From IMG/VR virus record IMGVR_UViG_2595698952_000001, positions 128,001 through 192,000 of that record: DNA of 64,000 nt; one strand, written 5' to 3'. Positions within the stretch are counted from its first letter, which is position 1, and every line of letters starts with the position of its first letter. This document shows, in pieces, positions 1 to 10,790 of the stretch. The notes under the pieces are model-generated. The model was not told the DNA's origin. It was given only the letters and a program-made list of their open reading frames with translations, and made no database searches. The position numbers were made by a program, and so were the translations under genes. The DNA comes from a virus. Taxonomy: Duplodnaviria; Caudoviricetes.

Positions 1-1941
1 AGTCACCTGAATATCACACGACAACGGCACCCCATCACCACGCCACCCAAGACCCCCAGCACCGAACTGCAACGACAGGTTCGTTACCATGGCATTACGC
101 ATGGAGTAACGACCGCGTGAGTAGCACTCGAGATAGAACGGGTGTGTAAACGATTGTTTACCGGTAGCAATAGGACAAACGGCCGCTAACCAAAACGACA
201 TCGGTACGAGCAAATCCTGGAACACGTCCAAATCATTACCTGACCAACAACGGAGTGGGATACTCATGGTGATATCGTCGCCTGACGTATCTGAGGAATC
301 CCACACCTCGGGGAAGTCAATCACTGACGAGTTGTACAGTGACATAATCCCGGACAGGTGTAACAAGTCCAGTGCGCCGGTGAATGCGGACTTCAAGCCA
401 GTGACCAGACCGTCGATGGCATCAAAGCCGGTCTTGCCCCCTGACAGGTTTACTTCCAACGAACGGGCTTTCTGGGTGACGGAGTTCACGGTGCCGGAAA
501 TCTCCGGTTCTTTAGTGGTGTTCGAGAAGTTACGGGAGACGGTATCCCGCCCGTCAATCTTCCAGGTTACCCACTGCGAGCCGTTACGGATTTCGGAAGC
601 CGCCTGTTCAGACACATTGTCCCAGGTACGCTCCATCATCCCGACCATGTCTTTAAAGAATGAACCCACGTTTTCTTTTTGCCCTTCTGCCATCCAGTTT
701 TCAATCTTGCCGATGTCCAGGTTGTTCTCGTCCATCGCGGTGGCGGAGTTCTGCGCATTCGCGGCGTTTTCCTGGTTCTTTTTCATCTCGTCAAGTTGTG
801 ATTGGAGTTTCTGCTCTTTGGCCTTCGCCGAGTTCTCAAAGTCCTGGGCAGTGCCGCCGGACTGCTGGGCGTCAGTAATCCCGCCTTGCATTCCGTTGAC
901 CAACTCGTTTTCTTGCTGGGTGGCATCATTGAACCCGGCCGAATAGGCAGGGTCTTTGCGGGCTACCGTTTCCAACATCCCCAGCGTCACTTCAAACTGT
1001 GCCGCATCGGTTTGCACTTTGGTGGAATATGTAGCTTCGTTGTAGAACGCTCTCAAACGTTCCGCGAAATCCTCTTCGTTATCCCCGGCCTTCTTGCGAA
1101 TCTCTTCGATGGTCTTCGCCTGGTAGTTCGCCAGGGTCTGATAACGGTTGATCATGCGGTAGATATCGAACTCACCGTTGTCCTTCCAGATAGCCGGGAG
1201 CATCGAGTACCAGTCTTCACGTTCTGCGTTGTACTTGTTTTCCTTGTCGTTAACATCGTAACCTAAGGCAAACGTACCGAGTACCCCGGTTGGGACTAAA
1301 CGACGGTAGACCAACTGTGTGTTGACCATGTTCTGCACCGCGCGCAGATACAGGTGCATCGTTGGCATCACGTAGTAGTAACGTGAGGTTTCTTTGTTCA
1401 GTACCACTTTCAGGATACGGGGAGTAATCAGGATGATGGCAAAGGCCACTGTCCCAACGGTCGCCCACAACGCAGCGGCGGCCACGTAGGTTCCGATAGA
1501 ACGCAACATCCCCGGATAGTTACCAGTACGCGCCAGGTACGCCAGGTTGGAGTCGTACATGTTCGCAAAGAATGCGGCTACCCCAAGGTAACGCGGTTTA
1601 CCAAAACGACAATGAAGATAGTACGCGTTCTGGTTAATCGATTCCCAGTAGAAGGTACCGAGCTTATAAGACCCGCGCGCATCCTGGCCAGAGATTTGGC
1701 CTTGTGCCGCGGAACTTGTGGAAGTTGGTTGTGCGAACGCTCCGGTGGAGGGAGGGTCTGCAAACAACGTGAACTGTGGGGGTGCATTGATAGCGCGAGA
1801 ACCACCCATCGTGGTATCTTCAAACGACATCATCGCATTTGAGAAACGACGAAGACCCATGAATCGTTCGTCGCGACGCTCCCCTGTCCCACCGAATAGC
1901 GTCTGAACCCAACTTGTGTCTTCTAACTTGCGTGCATCCAC
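1..1941 (-). CDS. virion structural/baseplate hub-type protein (phiKZ gp182 / SPN3US gp238-like), runs off the left edge
   Basis: Not in the ORF track because it is truncated. GTG at 1941 after an AAGAGGTG RBS; reads MDARKLEDTSWVQTLFGG...FEDTTMGGSRAINAPPQFTLFADPP; lies directly downstream of the tape measure gene. Confidence 0.65.
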   Translation of the reverse strand, partial: MDARKLEDTSWVQTLFGGTGERRDERFMGLRRFSNAMMSFEDTTMGGSRAINAPPQFTLFADPPSTGAFAQPTSTSSAAQGQISGQDARGSYKLGTFYWESINQNAYYLHCRFGKPRYLGVAAFFANMYDSNLAYLARTGNYPGMLRSIGTYVAAAALWATVGTVAFAIILITPRILKVVLNKETSRYYYVMPTMHLYLRAVQNMVNTQLVYRRLVPTGVLGTFALGYDVNDKENKYNAEREDWYSMLPAIWKDNGEFDIYRMINRYQTLANYQAKTIEEIRKKAGDNEEDFAERLRAFYNEATYSTKVQTDAAQFEVTLGMLETVARKDPAYSAGFNDATQQENELVNGMQGGITDAQQSGGTAQDFENSAKAKEQKLQSQLDEMKKNQENAANAQNSATAMDENNLDIGKIENWMAEGQKENVGSFFKDMVGMMERTWDNVSEQAASEIRNGSQWVTWKIDGRDTVSRNFSNTTKEPEISGTVNSVTQKARSLEVNLSGGKTGFDAIDGLVTGLKSAFTGALDLLHLSGIMSLYNSSVIDFPEVWDSSDTSGDDITMSIPLRCWSGNDLDVFQDLLVPMSFWLAAVCPIATGKQSFTHPFYLECYSRGRYSMRNAMVTNLSLQFGAGGLGWRGDGVPLSCDIQVT

Positions 1942-1952
1942 GTTTCACCTCT

Positions 1953-1980
1953 TAAAGAAAAGGGGGCATTGCTGCCCCCG
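1953..1980 (-). terminator. intrinsic terminator after tape measure gene
   Basis: Minus strand GGGGGCA-GCAA-TGCCCCC followed by TTTTCTTT. Confidence 0.65.
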
Positions 1981-1983
1981 TAT

Positions 1984-4900
1984 TTAGCCGACCTTGCGTT
2001 GGACGTTCAGCGAAGGTGCGGGTTGAGTGATGGGTTGTTGGCGAGAGGCTGAGCCCGCGGGTGCTTGCCCTTGTGCTTGTGCCTGGTTCCCACCTGTCGA
2101 TAAACCACGACCGGGGTTCGCCTTCATGTAGTCGCGGATTTCTTTCAGATACCCGGCTGACTCTTTCAGGACATTCAGCTGTTGCACATCGACCGGCACG
2201 GTGTTCAGTGTCGGTGTTGATGCTGTAGCGTCTGAACTGTTGGCCGCAGGTTGCTGCGCGGCTTTTTGCAGTTGCTTCTCAGCCCCTGCTTTGACCTTCG
2301 CAACATCCGTTGGTGACAGCCCGTCTGCTGCTGCGGCAGCTGCTACCCCATCCGCAGTGGTCGACGCATCACCTCCGCTGGTACCTGCCCCTGGAGACGG
2401 TACCGCAGGCCCTGCATTCCCTGACGCCGTGGCTTGTGCATCCGCGGCCGCTTGTGCCCCTTTTGCATCCAGTGCGTCATCACGACGAGCTGCGTTATCG
2501 GCAGGCAAGTCGTCTGCCGCCCCGGCAATCGACGGGTCATTAGCCGCACCGGCTGCCACCGCTGGGTTAGCCGGAGACAGGTTCTTCGTCAAATCAGCCG
2601 TCATTCCTGGCGCTGCACTCATCACGTTGGCCGAGACAGCACCCATGCGACGGTTCAACTCCTGAATCACTTCACCGATTGTCCGGTTGCGACCTTGTCC
2701 ATCGTAGAACACCCCTTTGTTCCCTGAGAGAATCGCCGCGGTAATCCCTGGCGCACGCGCCGATGGAGCCGTTGGGTTCTTCTGCCAGGCTTTGAGGAAC
2801 AGTTTACCGCCACCGGCACCGAGGAAGTGGTACAGGTACGCCACCGCTGGCGGTGGTGCTGCGCCACCCAAGTCACGCTGCGCGGAAGCGATGTTGTCAC
2901 GGATAAACTGCATCCCCAGCAGGGTGTTCGCCCACGGGTCAAGTTGCCCGCCGTTACGGTTCAGTTTGTTCGGAATACCAAACTTATTCCCGTGCCCTTT
3001 CATCATGTCGCCCCAGGTTCCGTTAATGAACTGGAACAACCCACCGGCTGACCCGGCACTGTTGGTCACGGTATAGTCGTAGCTTGATTCCGCTTTCGCC
3101 ATTGCCAAGGCAACGGCTGGCGGAACCCCGAACATCTTCGCCGCATCCACAATCATCGACTGGATGGCTTGGACATTCAATGCCCCACGACGACCCAATT
3201 TCTCTATCGGGTACTTCTCCGCTAGAGATTTGTAATCCCCGGCCTGGACTTCCCCGAGACTAATCCCGGACTGACCAGTGGTCATCTTCGCGTAGTTCTC
3301 AATCCCCCCGACCGCATCGACCGATTGTGATAGGTCGTTCGGTGTCCCGTTAAAGCCCGGCGCTGCCGCATAGCCGTTTGCACGGTTTGCCGCATCCGAC
3401 CCTTTCCCGTAGGTTTCAAAGAACTTGCTTTGTGGGTCATCTCCAGAGGTCTGGAAGAAGTTGGTGTTCTTATCACGACGCTGCCATTGGGCACGTTTCC
3501 CAGCAGATTGCGTTTCCTTCAACAGGTTACGCACTGCCAGGTCAGCTTCCTTCGACAACACACGCAAGGTTTCCAACTCTTTGTCGACAGTACGTGGGTC
3601 TGTGTTGGCTTCACCGCCCAATGGGTTGAACGGGATTTCCCACACCGACTGACGTACGCCCCCTTTCAGGTTGTACGCACCACGTACCAGCAAGGCGATT
3701 TCGTACAGATAACCACCCGTCATTTTCAGGTTCAATGGATCACCGGCAGGCAGGTAGCGCTTCACCCCAACGAGGAACGTCATGAAGGCTGGTAAGAAGC
3801 GGCTAAAGAACCACAACTTGTACCTGTCTTCTTTCGGTCCCCCAATGGCGTCAGGTGCCAGCACTGCCACCGCTTTCTTCCAATCCCCTTTGTAACTGGC
3901 AGACTTCGTATCGACGTCTTTGATGACTTCCTTCTCGAAGAGGTTCAACTGCGTACGGGCCGCAGAATCAATCGTCACCAACCCGTACGTTTTCCAACGC
4001 AGGGATTCGAGGGCATCCAAATCTTTCTTGTCTGCCACCGCATTCCAGTCGACCTGAATCTGTACCTGTTCGGTACCGTCTTCCCAGCCTTGGGTTTTGA
4101 TGGTGTTGTCGTTACGCGCCTTATCCAGCGCGGCCAGTTTCTGGGTTGATTCCGCAACCGACGCTGACTTGACCCCATCCACCGCCTCACGCATCCCTTT
4201 CTTCTCAGCGATTTTATCATCAACCAGCCAATCAATCTCTTTCCCTACCCGGTCTTGCACCTTCATCACTTCATCCGCATCCAGCAAGTCCGGTGAGGTG
4301 AAGGTGATGGCATCCCAGGCTTTCGAGAAGAAGCCCTGATTCACTTTACGTGGGTCAGTTAGGGCATGGAAAGCGTTGGCGTCTTTCGACATCTTCACTT
4401 TCGCCCAGAGGCGCTTCTGATCCGCTTTCGAGGTTTTCGATTGGTCAGCCACATCGGCTAACTGGATATCATTGTCCATCGACTTCAAGGCGGTTACCCA
4501 ACGCAGGTAGACCGGCACGAAACGTTGCAGCATGAACGCCTGGAAGGCCAGCATTTCGCCTTTCTCTTCCAGATTCACCCCGTACCCTTCGGCGAGTTTC
4601 TCTACGTCTTTGGCAGCCATACCACGCAAGGTGGCTTGTCCTTTGTCATCGTAGCTGATGTATTGTTTGATGTTGTCTTCGAGGAAGCGGGCTTTTGCAC
4701 CGTCATCGGATGACCAGGCATCGTTGTTGCGATAACCGTACTGGGCCAAACGCATTTTGTCTAAACGCAATGCGGCTTTGTACGTGGCGATATGGTAAGC
4801 CAGCCAGGATGCGCCGACGACAGCAGCCCCGATAGCAATGGCAGGCCAACCGACCGCAGCAACCACCGCAGAGGCGGCTGTGTACAGTCCGGTTGCCACC

Positions 4901-7900
4901 GCCGGGATAGCACGCGTTACTGCGAACTTCCCAACCTGCCAGGCAGCTTTCCCTACCAACGCAGCGGGTTTAAAGATACCCCACTTCGCCACGGTGCCGA
5001 GGATAGACCCGACGGTACCAAGGATACTGACAATCGGACCGATTAAAGGCAGACCCTTAAGCATGTCCATAATGCCACCCTTCTTCCCACCACGTTTCGG
5101 TGGTGCAGCGGCTTCCTCTTCTTCCTTGGTACGGCGACGGCGACGGAAGAACGAGAAGTAATCACGTTTCTCATCGGACTCTTTCGGCTTGTTACGACGA
5201 CCAAACTTCGAGAACATGGTGCGCAGTAACCCGTCTGACCCACCGGCTTTCTCTACCGAGTCGCGCATGGTGTTGAACCATGACATCTCTTGCAGATCAA
5301 CCATCCGGGACATACGGTCTAACAACCGACTGCCGAGCGAACGGGATTTGTCCGCAGCAGACCCAATCACATCAGCTGCTGCCCCCTTCACTTTATCCAC
5401 ATCGTCTTTGATGGCCGACTTGACTTTCTTGCCCGAGATACCGCCGCGCGCATTCAGGTGGTCACGGTAGAAGTCTGCCACATCATCATCACGTCCGGCT
5501 AAACGGCGCGCGACTTCGTAACGGGTAGCGATGTCGTGACGTGATCCGCGGAACGAATCCACGATGTTGTTGCCACGTTCTACCACATTCCCGAATTCGT
5601 CACGCACAGTATCCATCCCGTCACCGACACGACCACGGAACCGACCCCAACGTTTACCGAACCGACGACGAGCCATCACTTTGGCCCGACGGAGCGCCTG
5701 AGCGGCTTGACCGCGTAAGCCTCTGCCACCCCCGACGTTCTTCTCCATCTGCTCAGTCCAACCTTCATCCTCCGCCTCACCGGCTAAGCGCTTGTTCAGC
5801 AACTTATAGATGCGGATTAAGATGTGGTTAGTCTTACGGGCATTGGACATCGAAAACAGCGAGATACCACCGCCCCCACCACCTTCACGGTTTTGCCACC
5901 ACCGGGTCAGTGGGTTGTTCTGGGCCATGTCCTTGAACTTGTCCCAGCCGTTCTTGGCAACGTCCCACACTTTCTTCGGTAAACTGGTTACACGGGAGAA
6001 AGCAGCCTGGATGCGTGACTTCTCTTCGCCCTCGGGGATTTCATTCAGCCAGTCTTTGACCTTGGTCATGAATGACCCGGCTTTCGGGGAGATAAAGTCC
6101 AGCAAGCGTTTTGGCAGCTTCACAATCTTGTTCACCCCGGTACCGGCCTTTTGAGCCAGTATCTGGAACAGGGCTTGTGCTTTACCGCCTTTGTAGTAAC
6201 GCAGCTTTCCGGCTTTGGCTAAATCGGCCGCAGCAAGAATCAGGTTCCCGGCCTCATCAACAATGTCACGACCGAGACGAATATCATCCAGCGTCTTCAG
6301 CTGTTTCATTTTCGCACCCGACCCACTGGAGACCTGGTAATATTCCCCGGCTTCCAGTTTCGCGCCTTGCAGCACGACATTGCCCTTCTCATCAAAGATG
6401 TCACGGATACCCAGGGTACCTTTTACAAAGCCAGAGGCTGAGTTCCACGCCCCTTCAAACCCCCCTGTGACTAAGCCCCGAATCTTCGACAGAATCCCTG
6501 GCCCTTCACCGCCCCCAAACTTACCACGGGCCCAAGAACCGAATTTACCCAGACGGTCTTTTGCCCCTTTACCCAAACGACCGGCAAAGCGACCCATCCC
6601 GGCAGCGGAGTCAAACAACACTCCACCCCAACGACGCAGTAACCCATCTTCCCCGATGATGATACGACGACGGCGACCGCCGCCACCCGGACCACCCCGC
6701 GGCGGACGCGGTGGGCCTTGAATATCATCCGACCCGTCACCCCCTGGACCGCCACCGCCTGCCAATGACGCTAACAGCACACCCTCTTCATCCATGCTTT
6801 TCACATGCTCGAGGATTTTCTGTACCACGGACAAGTTGCTGGATTCACGGATAGCCGCGACCACCCGGTCGGTTTGACCAGACTGGTCTTGTGCCTGGTT
6901 ACGCTGGCTTAACAGTTCCACAAAGTTCGTGGAGGTTTCCCCGTAAAGCACTGCGGCTAACTGGCGTGGGTTCAGTCCTTTTCCGCCCTTGCCTTTTCCT
7001 TTCCCGCCTAATCCTGGCGGTAAGGAGGTATCGTCGTCTGCCGGGCCGCCGCTCCCCGCCCCCATACGGCGCAGGTAGTCCCCGAGCGCCGAACCGTTCT
7101 GCAACTTCTTGGCAATTTCCTGGTCACGCGTTAATGCACGACCAGTACGGGTTTTACCCATAGCCAGGTTATTGAAGAGGGTATAGGGATCGGACAGGTC
7201 TTTGTCTACGGCGAACACATCACTTTTCGCATCGTAGTTAAAGATACCCGCATCGCGCAGAGCACGTTCCCCGTAAATGTTCGCAGCTTCATCAATCATG
7301 CTCTGACGGGCAGTAATTGACGACTGGATGGTAGCGATACGGGACGCCAGTTCGTTACTCAGTTCCGCATGACCACCGGTAAGACCCTCTGAGCGTCTCT
7401 GTAAGATGCCCTGGAGCTTCTCAGAGCCGTTGCCACCCATGTGTCGCATTAAGTGGCTAGAGTCTTTCAGGATGGCTCCTACGTCGAATGCGCGGCCTTG
7501 TGAGGCACGGGACTCAACATAGTCAGCCAGGTGCTGACGTTCTTTGGCGGAAAGTTCCCCTTTGTCGTCAATGAAGTCAACGGTTTTGTTGATTGACCCT
7601 TGCAGACGCAGACGCTGTTCATCGTTGGCTACCGCTTTACGGACACGGTTACCAATCACCTTACGGTCAACGAATCCCCGGCTGGTGATGTCGTATTCCA
7701 TGTCTGCATGTTCACCGTAGCCACGCCGAATCGATTTGTTGATTTCGGATAACCAGGCCGGGATAATCTCGGTCAAGGTTAAGTGAGCTTTACGGTCAAA
7801 CTTGGCCGAGCGTTGCATCGCTGCACCGTCACGTTCATCCAGGAACGCTTTCTCACGGTTCAGCGGTTGTACAATCCCCATCTCGTTGAGGAAACGGAAG

Positions 7901-9132
7901 ATGTCGGCCAACGGGCCTTCGGATTCACCGGCGATGGCCGAGTTGGAAATCGATGACAGGTTCTGGAAATTGAATTTCCCCGCCTGCAACCGTTTCATCA
8001 CCTCGGGGTTCTTTTCCAGTTCCTCGCGTGACCACTTCTGCAATTTCTCGATTTGTGGGCCGAGCAGTTTCTTCGCTAACCACCCGGAACCCCAGCCCAC
8101 GGTTTTATCGCGGGCATTGGTTTTCCGTTTCTCGGCGGTCAGGGACGAGCTGTCATCCATCCCAAAATCGTCTTCCACACCCATACCGAGCAATTGCTCG
8201 AGCATCCCGCGGCCTTCACCGAAGGCATTGCTGATTTTCTTTTTGGCATTCTCACGGATTTGGTCAATAAACCCATCAGCGTGTTTCAGGGGGTTTATCC
8301 ACTCCGCGGCTTTACGTTTTACGTTTGCCCAGTGAACTTCCGAGAACTCCTCTTTCGCGTAGTCCGGTAACGCGGTGTTCTTCTGGATAGCTTCGAGTGC
8401 TGGGGTGTTACGGTCAAACTCATCCTGTTTCAGTTTGGCCAAATCCTGCAAGGCGAACAGTGTCCGGTATTGCAGTTCCAGTTGTTTACGCTGGACGTTT
8501 AAGAACACCCCACGGTGCAAACTGGTGGTGAGACTGATGTCCTTGGCGATGCCGATAACTGTCTGGAACATCGCATCGGACTTCATCTGTTGGACGGAGT
8601 CACGGATACGGTCTTCGGTGGCGACTTCACGCATATCGCGTTGCTGTTCTTCGGTTGGGCCACCGCCCCCGAATACTTCGCCCAGCTCCCTGTCCATCAT
8701 CGCCTGTTTCGGATCGTAGTTGTTGTATTCAACTTGATCCGATTTTGCCCACTTATCAATTTTGCGGGTCATGGCATCTGGCAGATACCGTTTGAGGGTT
8801 GGGCCTAACTGTCGCGCTTGCTGCTTAATCATGCGCTCAGTCTTGACAAGCTCATCCTTCGTATGGGCAACTATATCCTTCCCCGCAGCTGCCACGTTCT
8901 GGTAGCCGTCGTAGGCATCTGCCGCAGGCTTTGGTAATCCTTTCAGGATGACCTGATCACGTTTCCCTTTTGGCCAGATAGTTGAGAGGGCGGACTTACG
9001 CGCAACGCGCAAGGTGTCCATAATCGGGTTACGACTCTTGTCTGTATTTCGTGGTGGCTCGCCGAAGTCATCCCAGTCGTCCATCCTGTCGAGATCAAGA
9101 TCGTCGAAGTCGTCTCTGCCTTTTTTAGCCAT
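1984..9132 (-). CDS. tail tape measure protein with C-terminal lytic transglycosylase domain (phiKZ gp181-like)
   Basis: 2382 aa, helical and Gly/Ala-rich; SLT motifs AKAESS, AGGLFQFINGTW, YLYHFLGAGG; divergent from the vRNAP genes. Confidence 0.85.
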   Translation of the reverse strand: MAKKGRDDFDDLDLDRMDDWDDFGEPPRNTDKSRNPIMDTLRVARKSALSTIWPKGKRDQVILKGLPKPAADAYDGYQNVAAAGKDIVAHTKDELVKTERMIKQQARQLGPTLKRYLPDAMTRKIDKWAKSDQVEYNNYDPKQAMMDRELGEVFGGGGPTEEQQRDMREVATEDRIRDSVQQMKSDAMFQTVIGIAKDISLTTSLHRGVFLNVQRKQLELQYRTLFALQDLAKLKQDEFDRNTPALEAIQKNTALPDYAKEEFSEVHWANVKRKAAEWINPLKHADGFIDQIRENAKKKISNAFGEGRGMLEQLLGMGVEDDFGMDDSSSLTAEKRKTNARDKTVGWGSGWLAKKLLGPQIEKLQKWSREELEKNPEVMKRLQAGKFNFQNLSSISNSAIAGESEGPLADIFRFLNEMGIVQPLNREKAFLDERDGAAMQRSAKFDRKAHLTLTEIIPAWLSEINKSIRRGYGEHADMEYDITSRGFVDRKVIGNRVRKAVANDEQRLRLQGSINKTVDFIDDKGELSAKERQHLADYVESRASQGRAFDVGAILKDSSHLMRHMGGNGSEKLQGILQRRSEGLTGGHAELSNELASRIATIQSSITARQSMIDEAANIYGERALRDAGIFNYDAKSDVFAVDKDLSDPYTLFNNLAMGKTRTGRALTRDQEIAKKLQNGSALGDYLRRMGAGSGGPADDDTSLPPGLGGKGKGKGGKGLNPRQLAAVLYGETSTNFVELLSQRNQAQDQSGQTDRVVAAIRESSNLSVVQKILEHVKSMDEEGVLLASLAGGGGPGGDGSDDIQGPPRPPRGGPGGGGRRRRIIIGEDGLLRRWGGVLFDSAAGMGRFAGRLGKGAKDRLGKFGSWARGKFGGGEGPGILSKIRGLVTGGFEGAWNSASGFVKGTLGIRDIFDEKGNVVLQGAKLEAGEYYQVSSGSGAKMKQLKTLDDIRLGRDIVDEAGNLILAAADLAKAGKLRYYKGGKAQALFQILAQKAGTGVNKIVKLPKRLLDFISPKAGSFMTKVKDWLNEIPEGEEKSRIQAAFSRVTSLPKKVWDVAKNGWDKFKDMAQNNPLTRWWQNREGGGGGGISLFSMSNARKTNHILIRIYKLLNKRLAGEAEDEGWTEQMEKNVGGGRGLRGQAAQALRRAKVMARRRFGKRWGRFRGRVGDGMDTVRDEFGNVVERGNNIVDSFRGSRHDIATRYEVARRLAGRDDDVADFYRDHLNARGGISGKKVKSAIKDDVDKVKGAAADVIGSAADKSRSLGSRLLDRMSRMVDLQEMSWFNTMRDSVEKAGGSDGLLRTMFSKFGRRNKPKESDEKRDYFSFFRRRRRTKEEEEAAAPPKRGGKKGGIMDMLKGLPLIGPIVSILGTVGSILGTVAKWGIFKPAALVGKAAWQVGKFAVTRAIPAVATGLYTAASAVVAAVGWPAIAIGAAVVGASWLAYHIATYKAALRLDKMRLAQYGYRNNDAWSSDDGAKARFLEDNIKQYISYDDKGQATLRGMAAKDVEKLAEGYGVNLEEKGEMLAFQAFMLQRFVPVYLRWVTALKSMDNDIQLADVADQSKTSKADQKRLWAKVKMSKDANAFHALTDPRKVNQGFFSKAWDAITFTSPDLLDADEVMKVQDRVGKEIDWLVDDKIAEKKGMREAVDGVKSASVAESTQKLAALDKARNDNTIKTQGWEDGTEQVQIQVDWNAVADKKDLDALESLRWKTYGLVTIDSAARTQLNLFEKEVIKDVDTKSASYKGDWKKAVAVLAPDAIGGPKEDRYKLWFFSRFLPAFMTFLVGVKRYLPAGDPLNLKMTGGYLYEIALLVRGAYNLKGGVRQSVWEIPFNPLGGEANTDPRTVDKELETLRVLSKEADLAVRNLLKETQSAGKRAQWQRRDKNTNFFQTSGDDPQSKFFETYGKGSDAANRANGYAAAPGFNGTPNDLSQSVDAVGGIENYAKMTTGQSGISLGEVQAGDYKSLAEKYPIEKLGRRGALNVQAIQSMIVDAAKMFGVPPAVALAMAKAESSYDYTVTNSAGSAGGLFQFINGTWGDMMKGHGNKFGIPNKLNRNGGQLDPWANTLLGMQFIRDNIASAQRDLGGAAPPPAVAYLYHFLGAGGGKLFLKAWQKNPTAPSARAPGITAAILSGNKGVFYDGQGRNRTIGEVIQELNRRMGAVSANVMSAAPGMTADLTKNLSPANPAVAAGAANDPSIAGAADDLPADNAARRDDALDAKGAQAAADAQATASGNAGPAVPSPGAGTSGGDASTTADGVAAAAAADGLSPTDVAKVKAGAEKQLQKAAQQPAANSSDATASTPTLNTVPVDVQQLNVLKESAGYLKEIRDYMKANPGRGLSTGGNQAQAQGQAPAGSASRQQPITQPAPSLNVQRKVG

Positions 9133-9161
9133 GTTGATAATTCCAATTCAGGAGCTTAAAA

Positions 9162-10775
9162 GTGAAAAAGCTAAACTGGGTTGACTTTTATTTATTAAAC
9201 GTCAACAAGTCCCTGGTGTCGCAACTCAAACCCGTAACATCGACAGACACCTTTCAGGGGTTGACGAAAAACTTTCACCCTGAGGGACTGTACTCAACCG
9301 ACATCTTCGGTCTGACGGGAAGTGAAGCGCGCGACAGTACATTCTCGTACATCGATATCAAACTGGATATCATTTCGCCCACCGTGTGTTTGGCCATGTT
9401 TCAGCTGAAACAGCTGTACGAAGAAATCTGTTCCGGGAAACGCTTTGCGACCTGGAACGAGAAAGAAAAAGACTTTGAGCCAGCGCTGCCCAGTGAAAAA
9501 GGTGCAGACACCGGCTTTAACTTCTTCTTAAGTCATTACACCGAACTTGACCCGAGCCGGAACGATTCCCTGCGTCGTGATGAGTCCGTTGACTTCTTCA
9601 ATAAATTCCGACCCGTCAGTTTGAGTCGTTACGTGTTAGTCCTGCCAGCCGGTCTGCGTGACCTGGTGGTACGCCCTGACGGTCGTGACCAGGAAGATGA
9701 CATTGGTGGTTTGTACCGCCGTCTGGTCTCCTTGTCCCGTGCGATTCCTGACCGCAATGCGCGTACCGAATTGACTGACCCCGTCCGCTGGAAACTCCAG
9801 CAAACCTTTAACGAAATTTGGATGTACTTCTTTAACATCCAGGACGGCAAGGGTGGTTTTGCTCGGCGTAAGGTAACGTCCCGTAAACTCCTGAACGGTA
9901 CCCGTAACGTACTGTCTTCGTTCTCAACCGGTTCTAAGGTGATGGGGCGTGAGGATGCGGTACGTCCAACCGATACGCGTATCGGTCTGTACCAAACCTT
10001 GAAGGCGCTCCTCCCGGTTGCCCAGTACAACATCCGCGAACGTTACCTCAGTAACATCCGTGCGGGTGACGGGAACCTTTACGGGGTGAACACCAAAACC
10101 CTCAAGCGGGAATTCTTAGAAGTGCCGGGGCGGGTCTATGACCTCTACGCCACCGACGATGGTATTGAGTTACTCATCAACCGCATGGAAGCTCGCGAGC
10201 TTCGCCATCAGCCGATGATGATTGACAAAGACCATTACGTTGCTCTGATTTATCAGGACAAGAAGCACTTCAAAGTCTTCTACGACATTGAAGAACTCCC
10301 TGAAGGATTCTCGCGCAAACTGGTACGCGGAATTTCATTAGCCGAACTGCTCTACCTTTCCGGATACGATCTCTGGAATGACTACTTCTCATTCATTACT
10401 CGTTACCCTGTAACGGGTCGTGGATCGACTTACTCCTCGACCATAAGATTGGAGACCACGACGTCATCGCTCTATTTAAAAGAGCTGGAAGACGACTGGG
10501 TGACCGTAAAAGCCAAGGGTGCCACGAGCTTCCCTGACCGTAACGTGCCGACCTTTGTGGAATCTATGGCCCCCCATCCTTCCCGATTGGGCGGGCTGGG
10601 TGGTGACTACGACGGCGATACTGGCTCAGCCAACAGCCCGATGTCACAAGAAGCCCTCGAGGAGAATAGAAAGTGGGTCAATTCAAAGAACTACTGGTTT
10701 GCGACTGACGGCAGTTTCAAAGTCCAACCTGTCAACAATGTGATTAAGCGTGCGACGCAAGCTCTGTTGAAATGA
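9162..10775 (+). CDS. virion RNA polymerase beta' N-terminal subunit (phiKZ gp180-like)
   Basis: EGLYSTDIFG, VLPAGLR, TRYP and catalytic GGDYDGD motifs. Confidence 0.9.
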   Translation: MKKLNWVDFYLLNVNKSLVSQLKPVTSTDTFQGLTKNFHPEGLYSTDIFGLTGSEARDSTFSYIDIKLDIISPTVCLAMFQLKQLYEEICSGKRFATWNEKEKDFEPALPSEKGADTGFNFFLSHYTELDPSRNDSLRRDESVDFFNKFRPVSLSRYVLVLPAGLRDLVVRPDGRDQEDDIGGLYRRLVSLSRAIPDRNARTELTDPVRWKLQQTFNEIWMYFFNIQDGKGGFARRKVTSRKLLNGTRNVLSSFSTGSKVMGREDAVRPTDTRIGLYQTLKALLPVAQYNIRERYLSNIRAGDGNLYGVNTKTLKREFLEVPGRVYDLYATDDGIELLINRMEARELRHQPMMIDKDHYVALIYQDKKHFKVFYDIEELPEGFSRKLVRGISLAELLYLSGYDLWNDYFSFITRYPVTGRGSTYSSTIRLETTTSSLYLKELEDDWVTVKAKGATSFPDRNVPTFVESMAPHPSRLGGLGGDYDGDTGSANSPMSQEALEENRKWVNSKNYWFATDGSFKVQPVNNVIKRATQALLK

Positions 10776-10790
10776 CCATAAGGCTCGACT

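Noticed and set aside
266-1906. Several + strand ORFs at the window start
   Set aside because: They overlap the long minus-strand structural gene (1-1941) that the ORF track missed because it is truncated
6600-7080. Gly/Arg/Pro-rich low-complexity stretches in the tape measure gene
   Set aside because: In-frame coding low complexity, not a DNA repeat element
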